Shown here: positions 21,092 through 30,161 of the stretch, one piece after another
How positions within the stretch are numbered: the stretch's first letter is position 1
Layout: each line of letters begins with the position of its first letter
IMG/VR virus record: IMGVR_UViG_3300032288_005212
Location: 1 to 64,000 of that record
Strand: one strand, 5' to 3'
DNA length: 64,000 bases
Source: an uncultured virus (IMG/VR IMGVR_UViG_3300032288_005212)
Taxonomy: Duplodnaviria; Heunggongvirae; Uroviricota; Caudoviricetes
Notes under the pieces: model-generated
Databases searched by the model: none
What the model was told of the DNA's origin: nothing
The model's input: the letters and a program-made list of their open reading frames with translations, nothing else
Position numbers and translations under genes: made by a program

Positions 21092-22274
21092 CTGACTGCG
21101 ACTCTGGTCGCCCTCCTAGTGAGGGATCAACTGCTGATCCCGTTATGTTTTGTGGAATTCGAAGATCGTCATGACCGTCCATAAAGTCATAATTTAATTG
21201 ATAACGAGCTTCGTTTGCAGTAATAATACCAGTATTTACAAGTGTGGCATAATATGTGGCAGCATCACTAAGTTCCGGCTGAAGTGCTGGAACTCCTGTT
21301 ATGTCTGGCTCAATCTCGTAACCAAAATATCTCTCGAGAGCTGCACACATCTTATGAAGAATAGGAAGTATAGTTTCAAGATAATAGAGACGATGATTTG
21401 GTCTAATATTAGCATTGTTGCCAGAATTAAGTAGAATAGGTGGAACACCCAAAACTTTAAGAATCTCGACTTCCGCGGATTCAATCGACGCTTCGAAGTC
21501 AAGTTCTTTAAAGTTTACATTTGTAATATTTGCTATTTCCATACCACCATCAAGAACCATCGGTCGGCGACCGCCGCCATCTGGACGATAACGAGTAACC
21601 CATGACTGAATCATGCGCTCTTTGTTTTTTTCGCTGATAACAGAGGGGGATTTGATAACGAGGCCAGGAACAGCGCCGTTCTTAAAGAAGTTATCTTGAA
21701 ACTCTCTCATCTTTGTGAGTTGCGCCATCGTGCGGCGGGCCGCTCTTAAACGGCTAGTTCCTCGATAAATGCTTTGAAAGCTATTTTCTTTGACGTGAAT
21801 GATTTCACTAGGGGTATATGTTACATTGTGTTGAAATGTAAATTCTTTTATATAGGTTTGTTCGTCTGGCTCTATTTGAACGTAGTTAGCGGGTAGATGA
21901 TACAGCGCAGTTCCATCAAAATAAGCAAATATATTACCATCTAAAATATAATCAACGATGAGGTTCCGCTTAAATGTTGAAATATCTTGGAAGGGGTTTG
22001 GTTCTTTATTAAGAAGAAGTTCAACTCTTGTACGTCTTACGTTCTTTACTACTGGATTCATTCCTTTGATGGCTTCTCCAATTCGTAATGGAATCTCCGA
22101 CGTATCATCTACAATCATGTTTACAGCACGATTTACGACTTCAAGATATTCGTAATATGCTGTATAGTTTGTTATAATTTCTCGAGAGGAGATGGGGCCT
22201 GCCCCTTCTACCATCGACACAATGTCTGGCTGGGCTGGATTTAATTTTTCTATTAGATTTCTATACCAACCCAT
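21075..22274 (-). CDS. Portal protein (T5 pb7-like)
   Basis: LLNKEPNPFQD, FFKNGAVPG, GGRRPMVLDGG, LGVPPILL and GIITANEAR motifs. Confidence 0.95.
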   Translation of the reverse strand: MGWYRNLIEKLNPAQPDIVSMVEGAGPISSREIITNYTAYYEYLEVVNRAVNMIVDDTSEIPLRIGEAIKGMNPVVKNVRRTRVELLLNKEPNPFQDISTFKRNLIVDYILDGNIFAYFDGTALYHLPANYVQIEPDEQTYIKEFTFQHNVTYTPSEIIHVKENSFQSIYRGTSRLRAARRTMAQLTKMREFQDNFFKNGAVPGLVIKSPSVISEKNKERMIQSWVTRYRPDGGGRRPMVLDGGMEIANITNVNFKELDFEASIESAEVEILKVLGVPPILLNSGNNANIRPNHRLYYLETILPILHKMCAALERYFGYEIEPDITGVPALQPELSDAATYYATLVNTGIITANEARYQLNYDFMDGHDDLRIPQNITGSAVDPSLGGRPESQSDESNI

Positions 22275-22623
22275 ATTTCTCTCTTTGAATTCTTACCCAA
22301 CTTTCTTGTTTCTTTGCTGTCGAAAGTTTTGGGTTTTTACCATAAATACTGTGTAGTTTCATGTGGTGAGGGTTGCAGAGAGTGACTGTCGCTTCAAATA
22401 GTTCATATTTATGTTGCTCTATAAATCGATCTCTCTCTGCAATTGCTTCTTCGTCACTTTTTACTTCACCGTTTATACGTTCCCACGCATGAACTAGCTC
22501 GCTTACGCTGTAAAAGTGATGAAAATCTAATTCTTCTGTTATTCCGCAAATCTCACAATAGCTTTTTTTCTGATAAGAAGATTTTGCGGCATCTCTTATC
22601 CACTTAATGAAATATCTTTTCAT
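22261..22623 (-). CDS. HNH-type (nicking) endonuclease, T5-like
   Basis: CEICG..EELDFHH and VTLC..HH..LH.IYG motifs; same position between TerL and portal as in T5. Confidence 0.85.
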   Translation of the reverse strand: MKRYFIKWIRDAAKSSYQKKSYCEICGITEELDFHHFYSVSELVHAWERINGEVKSDEEAIAERDRFIEQHKYELFEATVTLCNPHHMKLHSIYGKNPKLSTAKKQESWVRIQREKYGLV

Positions 22624-22628
22624 AACGT

Positions 22629-22657
22629 ATTATAGTGAGGTATGAGGTAAAAGTCAA
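22629..22657 (-). promoter_or_regulatory. sigma70 promoter for HNH/portal/capsid operon
   Basis: TTGACT-17-TATAAT with T/A-tract UP region. Confidence 0.8.
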
Positions 22658-22678
22658 GAAAAATTTTTTTGCCGGTCT

Positions 22679-23959
22679 TCAAAATGTTGGCGCAGCCACT
22701 TCAAAGCTATAAAGAGCATATCTGATCGCATCTGCCATGTGGCTAGAACTGTCATGGAGTGGCTTTTCTTTTATGAGATTTGGGTTTGGGTCCCAGCGAT
22801 ACTGGTCAAGAGTTCTCAATACCTCTCCACATGATTGATCTACGATTAATTTATCATTTTCAACTAAAGATGCTACATATCCAATGCCATCAATTACAGA
22901 TTTCTTTGCATTTTCAGTAGTAATATCATAGTTTTGTGCAAAATCATAGCGCGTTTGCGCGGCAGCCGAATCAATAAAGCAATAATCCACATCACGACGC
23001 TGAATAATTTCAGATATATGGCGAGCGTGCTCTTCTGTTGTACGCTCCGCAGCATAATACTCCTCTAAACAGTAGTACTTTTCCCCATCATAGGCAAAAA
23101 CACAGAAGGCAGTTGGGTCCTTAAAGCCAATATCAATACCCGCGATAATATCCATTCCTCGAATATCAAGACTCGATAGATCCGCTACGCACTTCTCATA
23201 GTCAAAGTTCCATATCTGGCCTTGGAAAATATTAAAGTCTGCTTCGTACTCCTGAGCAAATTCGGCAGAAGACATACTTCGACGAGCTTCATCAATGTCA
23301 CTTACAGCAGCTCGAGGATTGTCCTTCCAAGTTGCTTTTATCGAAGCCCATTCGCTAAACTCATCAGTAAAGCCACGAGCGAAAAAACGGCTAAACCAAT
23401 TATTACGGCCCCGAGGAGTGGAGATAAATAAAGCTTTACTGCCCGGTTTGTCGAGTGTCGGCCGAATAGCCACGTTAAAAGCAGACTCACCATCAGCGAG
23501 TGCAGCTTCGTCAAATAGAACAAAATCATAAGAACGTCCTACTACTGAATCGATTTGATTCACTGAGCCGAGTCGTATCGTTGATCCGTTCGCCATTTCA
23601 ATTACACGATCTTTTGCGTTATCCTTTGATACCTCAAGATCAAAATGCTTTATGAGATTTCTTTGCAAATCAAAACTAATCTGGCTAAGATTATAGTTTG
23701 GTGATACAATCAATACATGAGAGTTCGGAACAAGCGAAACACACTGAGCGATGATATTTCCAATATATGTTTTTCCTTGTCGACGAGATAAAGCGCCCAC
23801 AACAAAACGATATTTTGGATTATTAAGTGCATTAATTAAGGCGATCTGAGAAGGAATAGGATCTATTCTTAATAAATCTAAATATCCAGTAATAGGTACT
23901 TTCAAAAAATCGCCCTTTAGTACTCGATCAGTTATTATATCTTTTCGGCTAATTTCCAT
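22679..23959 (-). CDS. terL: Terminase large subunit
   Basis: Walker A SRRQGKT, Walker B VLFDEAA, ISTPRG, nuclease GIDIGFKDPTA and SHMADAIRY motifs. Confidence 0.97.
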   Translation of the reverse strand: MEISRKDIITDRVLKGDFLKVPITGYLDLLRIDPIPSQIALINALNNPKYRFVVGALSRRQGKTYIGNIIAQCVSLVPNSHVLIVSPNYNLSQISFDLQRNLIKHFDLEVSKDNAKDRVIEMANGSTIRLGSVNQIDSVVGRSYDFVLFDEAALADGESAFNVAIRPTLDKPGSKALFISTPRGRNNWFSRFFARGFTDEFSEWASIKATWKDNPRAAVSDIDEARRSMSSAEFAQEYEADFNIFQGQIWNFDYEKCVADLSSLDIRGMDIIAGIDIGFKDPTAFCVFAYDGEKYYCLEEYYAAERTTEEHARHISEIIQRRDVDYCFIDSAAAQTRYDFAQNYDITTENAKKSVIDGIGYVASLVENDKLIVDQSCGEVLRTLDQYRWDPNPNLIKEKPLHDSSSHMADAIRYALYSFEVAAPTF

Positions 23960-24196
23960 TTAACACTCGCAGGGATGTAGTTTGCATCTTTCACAGATTG
24001 CAAATCCAAGAATTGACTCGTAAGGACTTAGTTGGTGTACCTCTTCAGGTACTTCAACAACTATGTTAAATTCTTGGAGGCCAAGCTGGCCTCCAATTTG
24101 AACAGTAGCATTTATTGCTTCTTCTTGAGTTGTAAACCAAAGGTGATCTTGACCTTTTAGCTTCCAAGCTCCGTTTTTTTGATAGAGGTGAAACAT
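23960..24196 (-). CDS. Small Cys-rich (CxxC..PCEC) protein, paralog 2
   Basis: Ends ICERCKLHPCEC; resembles the upstream ORF. Confidence 0.6.
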   Translation of the reverse strand: MFHLYQKNGAWKLKGQDHLWFTTQEEAINATVQIGGQLGLQEFNIVVEVPEEVHQLSPYESILGFAICERCKLHPCEC

Positions 24197-24429
24197 TCAC
24201 AGGGCTCCAAGTTACAAATTTTACAAACATTTTTTTCAATCATGATTTCATATGGAGTAGGATCAGGCGATAGTTTTTCAAGTACTTTTTTAAGCTCCAT
24301 CACTGCTCTTAATTTTGCAGCTTCTTCCTTTGCTAGCATTCTCTCGTACACTGCTGTTACAGCTTCGAGGCTAGTGTATTTTTGAGGATATCCTCTTATT
24401 GCCCAATACTCTCCTTTTTGATAAATCAT
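24157..24429 (-). CDS. Small Cys-rich (CxxC..PCEC) protein, paralog 1
   Basis: IYQKGEYW / VCKICNLEPCEC; resembles the downstream ORF. Confidence 0.6.
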   Translation of the reverse strand: MIYQKGEYWAIRGYPQKYTSLEAVTAVYERMLAKEEAAKLRAVMELKKVLEKLSPDPTPYEIMIEKNVCKICNLEPCECFTSIKKTELGS

Positions 24430-24704
24430 GCTCTTCTCACTACTTCGGCTGCTAAAAATAAAATAGCAGATCCGCTTACAGCTAAAACAAGTTTATAAAG
24501 AGCATCAATACGCATCTTTGATTCTTTCATCACATCACGCGTATGAGTTTGAAAATCTCTTAACTCGTTAAAGATTGTTTTCCATCTTTCTTCAACAACA
24601 GCTTCATGACGATAAAAATCCTCTCGAAGAGAGCGATGCTCTCTCCATAGATCATCAAGCTGCTGTTGGGCCGACCAATCACGATCCTGAGCTCTCCGTT
24701 CCAA
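24426..24704 (-). CDS. Coiled-coil protein with C-terminal TM segment
   Basis: HEAVVEERWKTIF coiled coil followed by a hydrophobic tail. Confidence 0.55.
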   Translation of the reverse strand: MERRAQDRDWSAQQQLDDLWREHRSLREDFYRHEAVVEERWKTIFNELRDFQTHTRDVMKESKMRIDALYKLVLAVSGSAILFLAAEVVRRA

Positions 24705-25113
24705 GTAATTTCTCCATTAGTTTACCATAGTTTCCTTCGCCAAAGGGAGAATTTATCTGAACATTATTCTGCTGTCGAATGGTATTTTTCGGCTCTTTTC
24801 GATGATCTTCGGCAACCTTGTGTGCAAGTGCTAGGATATCAACAAGATCCTTTGAAGAATACATACCCGCTTCTCGAGCTTCCTGTAGTTTGTTCTCGAT
24901 AATTTCATCAAGCAATTCGGCGAGACGAAAACGATTACGGTAACCTTGGTCTAAATAGACCGAATTCATGTATTCTTTTACTTCCGACTTTGCAAGTATC
25001 GAGTGCACCACGTCGGGTGTAATTCCTAAACTGGAAGCGGCTTTGATTGCACATCCCGTAGAGAGATACGCATTTGCGACTTCAAGGTTTTCAGGAGCAA
25101 GTTTAACTAACAT
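24679..25113 (-). CDS. terS: Terminase small subunit (T5-like)
   Basis: LAPENLEVANAYL, EVKEYMNSVYLDQGYRNR, KLQEA and NNVQIN..NY resemble T5 TerS. Confidence 0.85.
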   Translation of the reverse strand: MLVKLAPENLEVANAYLSTGCAIKAASSLGITPDVVHSILAKSEVKEYMNSVYLDQGYRNRFRLAELLDEIIENKLQEAREAGMYSSKDLVDILALAHKVAEDHRKEPKNTIRQQNNVQINSPFGEGNYGKLMEKLLGTESSGS

Positions 25114-25573
25114 TTATAAAACTCGGTGGTGTTGGCCATGGCGCATCTGAAATATTAATATACGCTGGTGGGTCCGCAATTACTGGTTCTGTAATATCAC
25201 GAAGTGCTTGTCGATATATTGCGCTTTCAGTAATTTGCTCCGAAGTGAGCGGAGCATCTGGTAGTTGAGTCCAGTCTGATGCAAATAAACGTCGATCTCT
25301 TTCAAATCTTAAATCTTGTAAATAATTTACTAAATTAACTTCCCAACTAGTGCCTGTCCATGAACAATATATACTTGGAGCTGTCGGCCTACTCTGTAAT
25401 GAAGTTCCATCCCAATATCTTTGTCTAATAAAATCGCCTCTACTTAATCCTTCTAAATCATTTAGATATACAACTATATTTCCATCTTCCTGCATTCCAG
25501 GTTCAGGATTATTCATCGGTAGTGCATCTGCTATATTTATAATTTCACTATTCTTAATCACAATTATCATCAT
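25103..25573 (-). CDS. Tail fibre assembly chaperone
   Basis: LR.ERDRRLFASDWTQLPDAPL...YRQALRDIT...WPTPP motif. Confidence 0.85.
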   Translation of the reverse strand: MMIIVIKNSEIINIADALPMNNPEPGMQEDGNIVVYLNDLEGLSRGDFIRQRYWDGTSLQSRPTAPSIYCSWTGTSWEVNLVNYLQDLRFERDRRLFASDWTQLPDAPLTSEQITESAIYRQALRDITEPVIADPPAYINISDAPWPTPPSFINVS

Positions 25574-26193
25574 GGAATTGCTACCTTTGCTAATAGTAAT
25601 GTTTGATTTCTAAAATAACCATTACCAAAAATTCCTAAACTTATTACAGAACTATATCTCACTGTTGACGGACTAACCCAACTAAACCCATTAAGAAAAT
25701 ATTGTCCAGTTTGATAGGAGGACTTATTTAAACACCCGTATACAGTTTGATAATCTGTTCCTGTATAAGCAATAGAAGATGAACTACTTACATCACCTCT
25801 TAGTGTGCCAGGATCAACTACTGTTACAATTTGTAAAATAACATCTTGTCCAGATGAAAAAACACCAGAATCGAATGCAAGTTGCCCGTCTGCATTATAT
25901 ACTCTTAAACCATATGTTTGGGAAGAGGGTGACTCTGAAGAAACAGGCCTTAATATATAATAGTCTGCTATTTGAGAGAAAGTTATTTTTGACGGCGGAG
26001 AGACATTGGCATGTAAAGAATTAAGACCTCCATCAGGTTTTGCAAATATTAAATCCTTACTAGTATCTAAGCCTGTCAAACCAGTCACTGTAGTTGCAGT
26101 ACCTGAAGCTACAAGTTTATGATAAGCATATGGTTGATCGCTATCAATTTGTATGTTATTACTTGTTCCTGTTACTAATAGACCATATGCCAT
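25570..26193 (-). CDS. Minor tail / fibre-associated protein
   Basis: MAYGL..., QIDS and YGLRVYNADGQLAFDS motifs typical of siphophage fibre adaptor proteins. Confidence 0.65.
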   Translation of the reverse strand: MAYGLLVTGTSNNIQIDSDQPYAYHKLVASGTATTVTGLTGLDTSKDLIFAKPDGGLNSLHANVSPPSKITFSQIADYYILRPVSSESPSSQTYGLRVYNADGQLAFDSGVFSSGQDVILQIVTVVDPGTLRGDVSSSSSIAYTGTDYQTVYGCLNKSSYQTGQYFLNGFSWVSPSTVRYSSVISLGIFGNGYFRNQTLLLAKVAIP

Positions 26194-27729
26194 TTATTTA
26201 TACCTCCCAGCATAATATGTAACCGCTATAGGGCTTGTAGTTGGGTTATTAATTCTTACAAAACCTGAATTTCGTACAGGTGAGTAATATGGATTACCCG
26301 AAAGCGGTTCAGAAGGTCCATCTGCGACAAAAAATACACTAGCGGAATTAGTTGCAGTGAGACCAGCTACAGTAACATCTACGAAAGATGATGCTGCTAT
26401 AGTAGTACCAGTTGAAGCAGAGCCAGAGATTTTGCAAGTTATAAAATTTGTAACTAGCGTACTTGTGTCAAATACTACTTTCGTTCCAGGACTATTATAT
26501 ACTCGTAATCCATATGTAGCAATCTGTGGAACAGTTTGAGCTGTTGATAAATCAAAATCTACTGAATCTGTGGATCTTCGGGCATAAAAATAATAAGTAT
26601 TTCCTCTTGTAAATGCATTATTAAACGTAGATGAAGACTGCCAATTTGTTACTGAAGCTTGTGAATTGGTACCAGTAGTATTCCACCCATATTGTAAGGT
26701 ACCTCCAATTCCTGGAGCATCTAAAGTTATAGAATGTGAGACTATAGTGGGGCTTTCATTATTAAAAGTTTGTGTATCATCTACAGTAGGTTTTCCTATT
26801 CGTAAAATACTGAAAGAAGTATTTGCTCCAGCCGGACTATACCATAGACCATCTCCTCCAGAAACCGGAGTTCTTCTTACTTGAAATTTATAATCTGCTT
26901 CTGAACCCGGACTAGGTAACTCAGAAGTTCCTCCTGGAGAAAGAGTACCACTGCCTGCTGTAGTTAAAGAAATAACAACTACGTTTGTGCCAGAATCCGT
27001 TCTTAATAATCTATAAGTATTAAACGTTGTAGTTGTCCAACTTATGTTTACTGGAGAACTATTTCCACCTGTTAATTCTGTTTTTTCTACAGTAACAGTT
27101 ACGTTTAAGTTAGGGGATATAAAAGGTACATCAAAAGGACCGTTATATACTGCAAACTGGCCTTCGTTTGTTGATACACCAACACCTCGACGAGCACCTA
27201 TGTAAACCCTCTCTCCTCTATCAAGTGTTAACCTTGCGGTAGTAGTCCATCCATTTGGAGAGTACACTGGAGGAGAAACGTTTGTGGCCCAATATTCAAG
27301 GGTTCCACCAGCTCCAGATGAAGAAAGTGTTGGACTATGAAGAATTGCTGCAACTGGAGAAGTTGCAAAAGTTTGTGTAGCGCTTACCGCAGGATTTGTA
27401 ATTGCAAGTACTACAGCCGAAGAAGTTGCTGGTGATAAATACCCATTACTTCTTATACTTTCTTGGACCCAAATTGTGACCGGACTTCCAGCATTCCTCG
27501 GCCAAGTTGGTGATAAAGCCGTAGATGGGCTTATCGTTCTAATTGTCGGGTTTGCAGTTAATGTCTGCGGCTGCCCGGTTGTGTATACTGTGGAGCCTGT
27601 AGGGCTAGCCTGGTTAGTTATTCGATAAGAATACGGACTAGTAGCATCAACTACTCCCGTATACTCAACTTGAGCATTTGGAGAAGTATCTAACTTATAA
27701 AATGTTGCCCTTGTAAATGTACCAGCCAT
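26194..27729 (-). CDS. Putative receptor-binding / fibre protein with internal domain duplication
   Basis: S/T-rich; duplicated block TQTF......HS.TL...G.GGTL.Y...RG..Y..ARR; C-terminal YGLRVYN..VFDTS; sits where T5 encodes pb5. Confidence 0.6.
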   Translation of the reverse strand: MAGTFTRATFYKLDTSPNAQVEYTGVVDATSPYSYRITNQASPTGSTVYTTGQPQTLTANPTIRTISPSTALSPTWPRNAGSPVTIWVQESIRSNGYLSPATSSAVVLAITNPAVSATQTFATSPVAAILHSPTLSSSGAGGTLEYWATNVSPPVYSPNGWTTTARLTLDRGERVYIGARRGVGVSTNEGQFAVYNGPFDVPFISPNLNVTVTVEKTELTGGNSSPVNISWTTTTFNTYRLLRTDSGTNVVVISLTTAGSGTLSPGGTSELPSPGSEADYKFQVRRTPVSGGDGLWYSPAGANTSFSILRIGKPTVDDTQTFNNESPTIVSHSITLDAPGIGGTLQYGWNTTGTNSQASVTNWQSSSTFNNAFTRGNTYYFYARRSTDSVDFDLSTAQTVPQIATYGLRVYNSPGTKVVFDTSTLVTNFITCKISGSASTGTTIAASSFVDVTVAGLTATNSASVFFVADGPSEPLSGNPYYSPVRNSGFVRINNPTTSPIAVTYYAGRYK

Positions 27730-27933
27730 TTATCTACACAAATTATCCAATTCGAACTGTTCAAAATCTGTTCTTTGTTTATGTTCAAGAACAAAACGAC
27801 GAATTTTTACTTCTTCAGCATGATGTTCTCTCGCTAAAAAGATCTCTTTTTGCAATTTTGCTATTTGAGAGTGTAGTTGAGAGATTTCATTAATCAAAAG
27901 AAGTAATAAAAATGCGGCTATTATTCTTACCAT
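27730..27933 (-). CDS. Small protein with N-terminal TM/signal and coiled coil
   Basis: Hydrophobic N-terminus; translationally coupled to neighbours. Confidence 0.5.
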   Translation of the reverse strand: MVRIIAAFLLLLLINEISQLHSQIAKLQKEIFLAREHHAEEVKIRRFVLEHKQRTDFEQFELDNLCR

Positions 27934-28214
27934 TTTACTTTATTCGCCCAATAGGCAGCAGAAAGCTTGCCTTTGGCGATATTTTTTGCATGACGCGCTT
28001 TAAACGATCTCCGACGAGCTGCATACGACTTACTCTCACCCTTCTTTTTTGGTGAACCCTTGACACCTTGCTGCCCGAATCGAATTGTTTTGACCTTTGA
28101 ACCGACTTTCGCAACTACAATATGCGATTTTTTGGGATGGCTTGGCGTTCGCTTGGGTTTGTTATACCCTGATACGCCAGCTCGCTTTAATCGTGAGTCT
28201 CGCTTCTTTTTCAT
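27927..28214 (-). CDS. Highly basic small protein of a widespread marine-phage family
   Basis: YNKPKRTPSHPKKSHIVVAK..IRFGQQG...SFKARH...SAAYWANKVKW. Confidence 0.7.
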   Translation of the reverse strand: MKKKRDSRLKRAGVSGYNKPKRTPSHPKKSHIVVAKVGSKVKTIRFGQQGVKGSPKKKGESKSYAARRRSFKARHAKNIAKGKLSAAYWANKVKW

Positions 28215-28414
28215 TTTTGTAAACTAATGCCTCCGAGAAGTCCAACGAGAGCTCCGACAATTGTAGAAAAAGCTGGTCCGAGTATCTCAAAGATTTGGTC
28301 GTTGTTTACAGAGTCGCTAAAAAATCCGAAGAGAAGAGTAGCGACCATTCCGACGCATACGAGAGCAAGTGTGGAAATTGTAATAAGAAGAATGAGTTGT
28401 ATCACTCTATCCAT
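28211..28414 (-). CDS. Small 2-TM membrane protein
   Basis: Two hydrophobic helices; coupled to neighbours. Confidence 0.55.
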   Translation of the reverse strand: MDRVIQLILLITISTLALVCVGMVATLLFGFFSDSVNNDQIFEILGPAFSTIVGALVGLLGGISLQK

Positions 28415-28733
28415 AGTTTATTGTAGTATTTCCCTTTGTTACCGTTACTTTGTTTCCATCAATGTTAACGGACATTGGTTCTTTTGCTTCTGCGATAAGC
28501 TTTTCGATGATTGCGAGTTCTGGTCGTTCTTCATCCTTGGTGCCGGTGATACCCGCTAAAATGGAAATCATTGCCATGGTGGCAGTTGAAACAAGTCCGA
28601 TTACGGCTGGAAGAGTTTCGGGTGAAAGAAATGCGGATGAGATAACTCCTACGATTACGAGAAGTACTATCCAGGGGATTGCTGTCTTTCCGATTACTTT
28701 ACTTGTAAGTTCCTTTGCGGTTTCTTCTTTCAT
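28407..28733 (-). CDS. 2-TM membrane protein
   Basis: Start reassigned to ATG 28733 (GGAGG SD), downstream of the promoter at 28756-28784. Confidence 0.55.
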   Translation of the reverse strand: MKEETAKELTSKVIGKTAIPWIVLLVIVGVISSAFLSPETLPAVIGLVSTATMAMISILAGITGTKDEERPELAIIEKLIAEAKEPMSVNIDGNKVTVTKGNTTINYG

Positions 28734-28755
28734 AATGGGCACCTCCATGAAGAGT

Positions 28756-28784
28756 AGTATAAAGGGTATGAAGATAAAAGTCAA
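28756..28784 (-). promoter_or_regulatory. sigma70 promoter heading the fibre/terminase operon
   Basis: TTGACT-17-TATACT. Confidence 0.75.
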
Positions 28785-28914
28785 GATAAAATTTTTGGAA
28801 GGGTTAATTTAGATTATTAAGCGCCTTTCGAGTTGAAAAAATCCCAAAGTTGCGCGTGAAGGTGTGCGCCCGGCTGTGTGAATATTACCAGTCTCGGAAC
28901 CGCCCCTCCCCACC

Positions 28915-28930
28915 TGGCACGCCCCTTGCA
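28915..28930 (+). promoter_or_regulatory. sigma54 -24/-12 box
   Basis: TGGCAC-GCCCC-TTGCA. Confidence 0.7.
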
Positions 28931-28966
28931 TGTTCAAAACCTGGCACGAAATTTTCCACAGCAAAA

Positions 28967-29010
28967 TGGTAATATTACCACTTGCCTTTGCCCAAAGCCA
29001 CCACTATACT
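28967..29010 (+). promoter_or_regulatory. TGGTAATATTACCA palindrome + sigma70 promoter
   Basis: Perfect 14-bp palindrome at 28967-28980, then TTGCCT-17-TATACT. Confidence 0.7.
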
Positions 29011-29036
29011 GTGCCCATCACATAGAGGAACACGTC

Positions 29037-29345
29037 ATGCCGAAGATCACCCAAGCCCAAGAGTATATGTGGAAGCCCGCGATGGAAGCCTACAATTCTT
29101 GCTGTGGCGGATGCGGCAGCCCGCTTGATCTGGAATACGATCACATTGTGCCCCGTTGCCTTGGCGGTTCCGATCATGTTTCTAATATTCAAATCCTGTG
29201 CCATCATTGCAACCAACACAAAGGCAAGGTAGCCTTTCCCAAGGTATCGCCCCGTATGCCTGAGATGTCGATTCCGCAGATTCTCGAGAATCGCAAGGCC
29301 TTTGTGTACTCGATCAGAACATGGAAAATTACCATTGCATCCTGA
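29037..29345 (+). CDS. HNH endonuclease
   Basis: CGGCG..LEYDHIVPR..GGSD..SNIQILCHHCNQHKG; start ATG 29037 after GAGGA. Confidence 0.85.
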   Translation: MPKITQAQEYMWKPAMEAYNSCCGGCGSPLDLEYDHIVPRCLGGSDHVSNIQILCHHCNQHKGKVAFPKVSPRMPEMSIPQILENRKAFVYSIRTWKITIAS

Positions 29346-29391
29346 TTCGACCTACCCTATACTGACTCCACCTAAACAAGGAAACGCAAAC

Positions 29392-29613
29392 ATGAACGCA
29401 CAACAGATCCTCGACGTACTCAAAACCGGCGTGTACTTCGTCACGTTCGAGAAGGACAACGGAGAAATCCGCAGCATTAAGGGCTCGGCCCCTACTACTG
29501 CGAACATTCGCACAGATGGAATCGTTCCCATTGTGGAAGATGGAACAGGAGCATGGAAATCCTTCCGCGCTTCTGCTATGCTCACGATCGTACCCGAAAC
29601 CCTTGTACTCTAA
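29392..29613 (+). CDS. WYL_2-like / Sm-like SH3 beta-barrel protein
   Basis: L..G...VTFEK.NGEIR...G....WKSFR motif. Confidence 0.65.
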   Translation: MNAQQILDVLKTGVYFVTFEKDNGEIRSIKGSAPTTANIRTDGIVPIVEDGTGAWKSFRASAMLTIVPETLVL

Positions 29614-29623
29614 GGAATACGCC

Positions 29624-29922
29624 ATGAACAATTGCAAATCGTTCGCCCAATACCTCGCCCTGATCGCAAACCAAAAGCAACGGCAACGGCCCGCGATCTT
29701 CTGGCCCGTACCCTCCAGCAAGAGGAAGGCGGCATGAAAGACTTTAACATGAACCCGGAACTCTATCGCAAATTCCGGGCCGATCTTCTGGGATGGTGTG
29801 CCTTTTATCGCGCATACTCTGCGAACGAATGCGCGACGGTTGGCAAGGTAGCCCACCGTGCAATCCGCCGACAGATGGCCCACCTTCGTCAATCCTACTT
29901 TGTGGGGAATATTACCTATTGA
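29624..29922 (+). CDS. Two coupled small hypothetical ORFs (29624-29737, 29734-29922)
   Basis: AAGGA SD; ATGA overlap. Confidence 0.5.
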
Positions 29923-29979
29923 CGAGATGCCTGGCCGTATGTCATAATGGTGGCAACGGCCAGGGCCGCGCCGAAAACC

Positions 29980-29995
29980 TGGCACGCTTATTGCA
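29980..29995 (+). promoter_or_regulatory. sigma54 -24/-12 box
   Basis: TGGCAC-GCTTA-TTGCA. Confidence 0.7.
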
Positions 29996-30003
29996 TCAGT
30001 TGA

Positions 30004-30034
30004 CCTAGGGCCAAGATGCGAATCATTCTCATTT
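30004..30034. repeat. CCTAGG-N4-Fur-like palindrome, copy 1
   Basis: CCTAGG gcca AGATGCGAATCATTCTCATTT. Confidence 0.85.
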
Positions 30035-30161
30035 AGGCCTGGTCCGCGCCGATTTTACCACACTAAAATATGCGCTGTCAATACCTCAAGAATGTGAACA
30101 AATACCATTGCAATTCGAGTCTTCCTCTGTCATACTGATCCCACCAGATAGAGGAAAACAT

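Noticed and set aside
2899-28812. Plus-strand ORFs overlapping structural genes (e.g. 8715-9377, 17017-17478)
   Set aside because: Antisense shadows of well-supported minus-strand genes, with no SD or motifs.
28878-29036. N-terminal extension of the HNH ORF given in the ORF track
   Set aside because: It spans the sigma54 box, palindrome and promoter; the real start is ATG 29037 with an SD.
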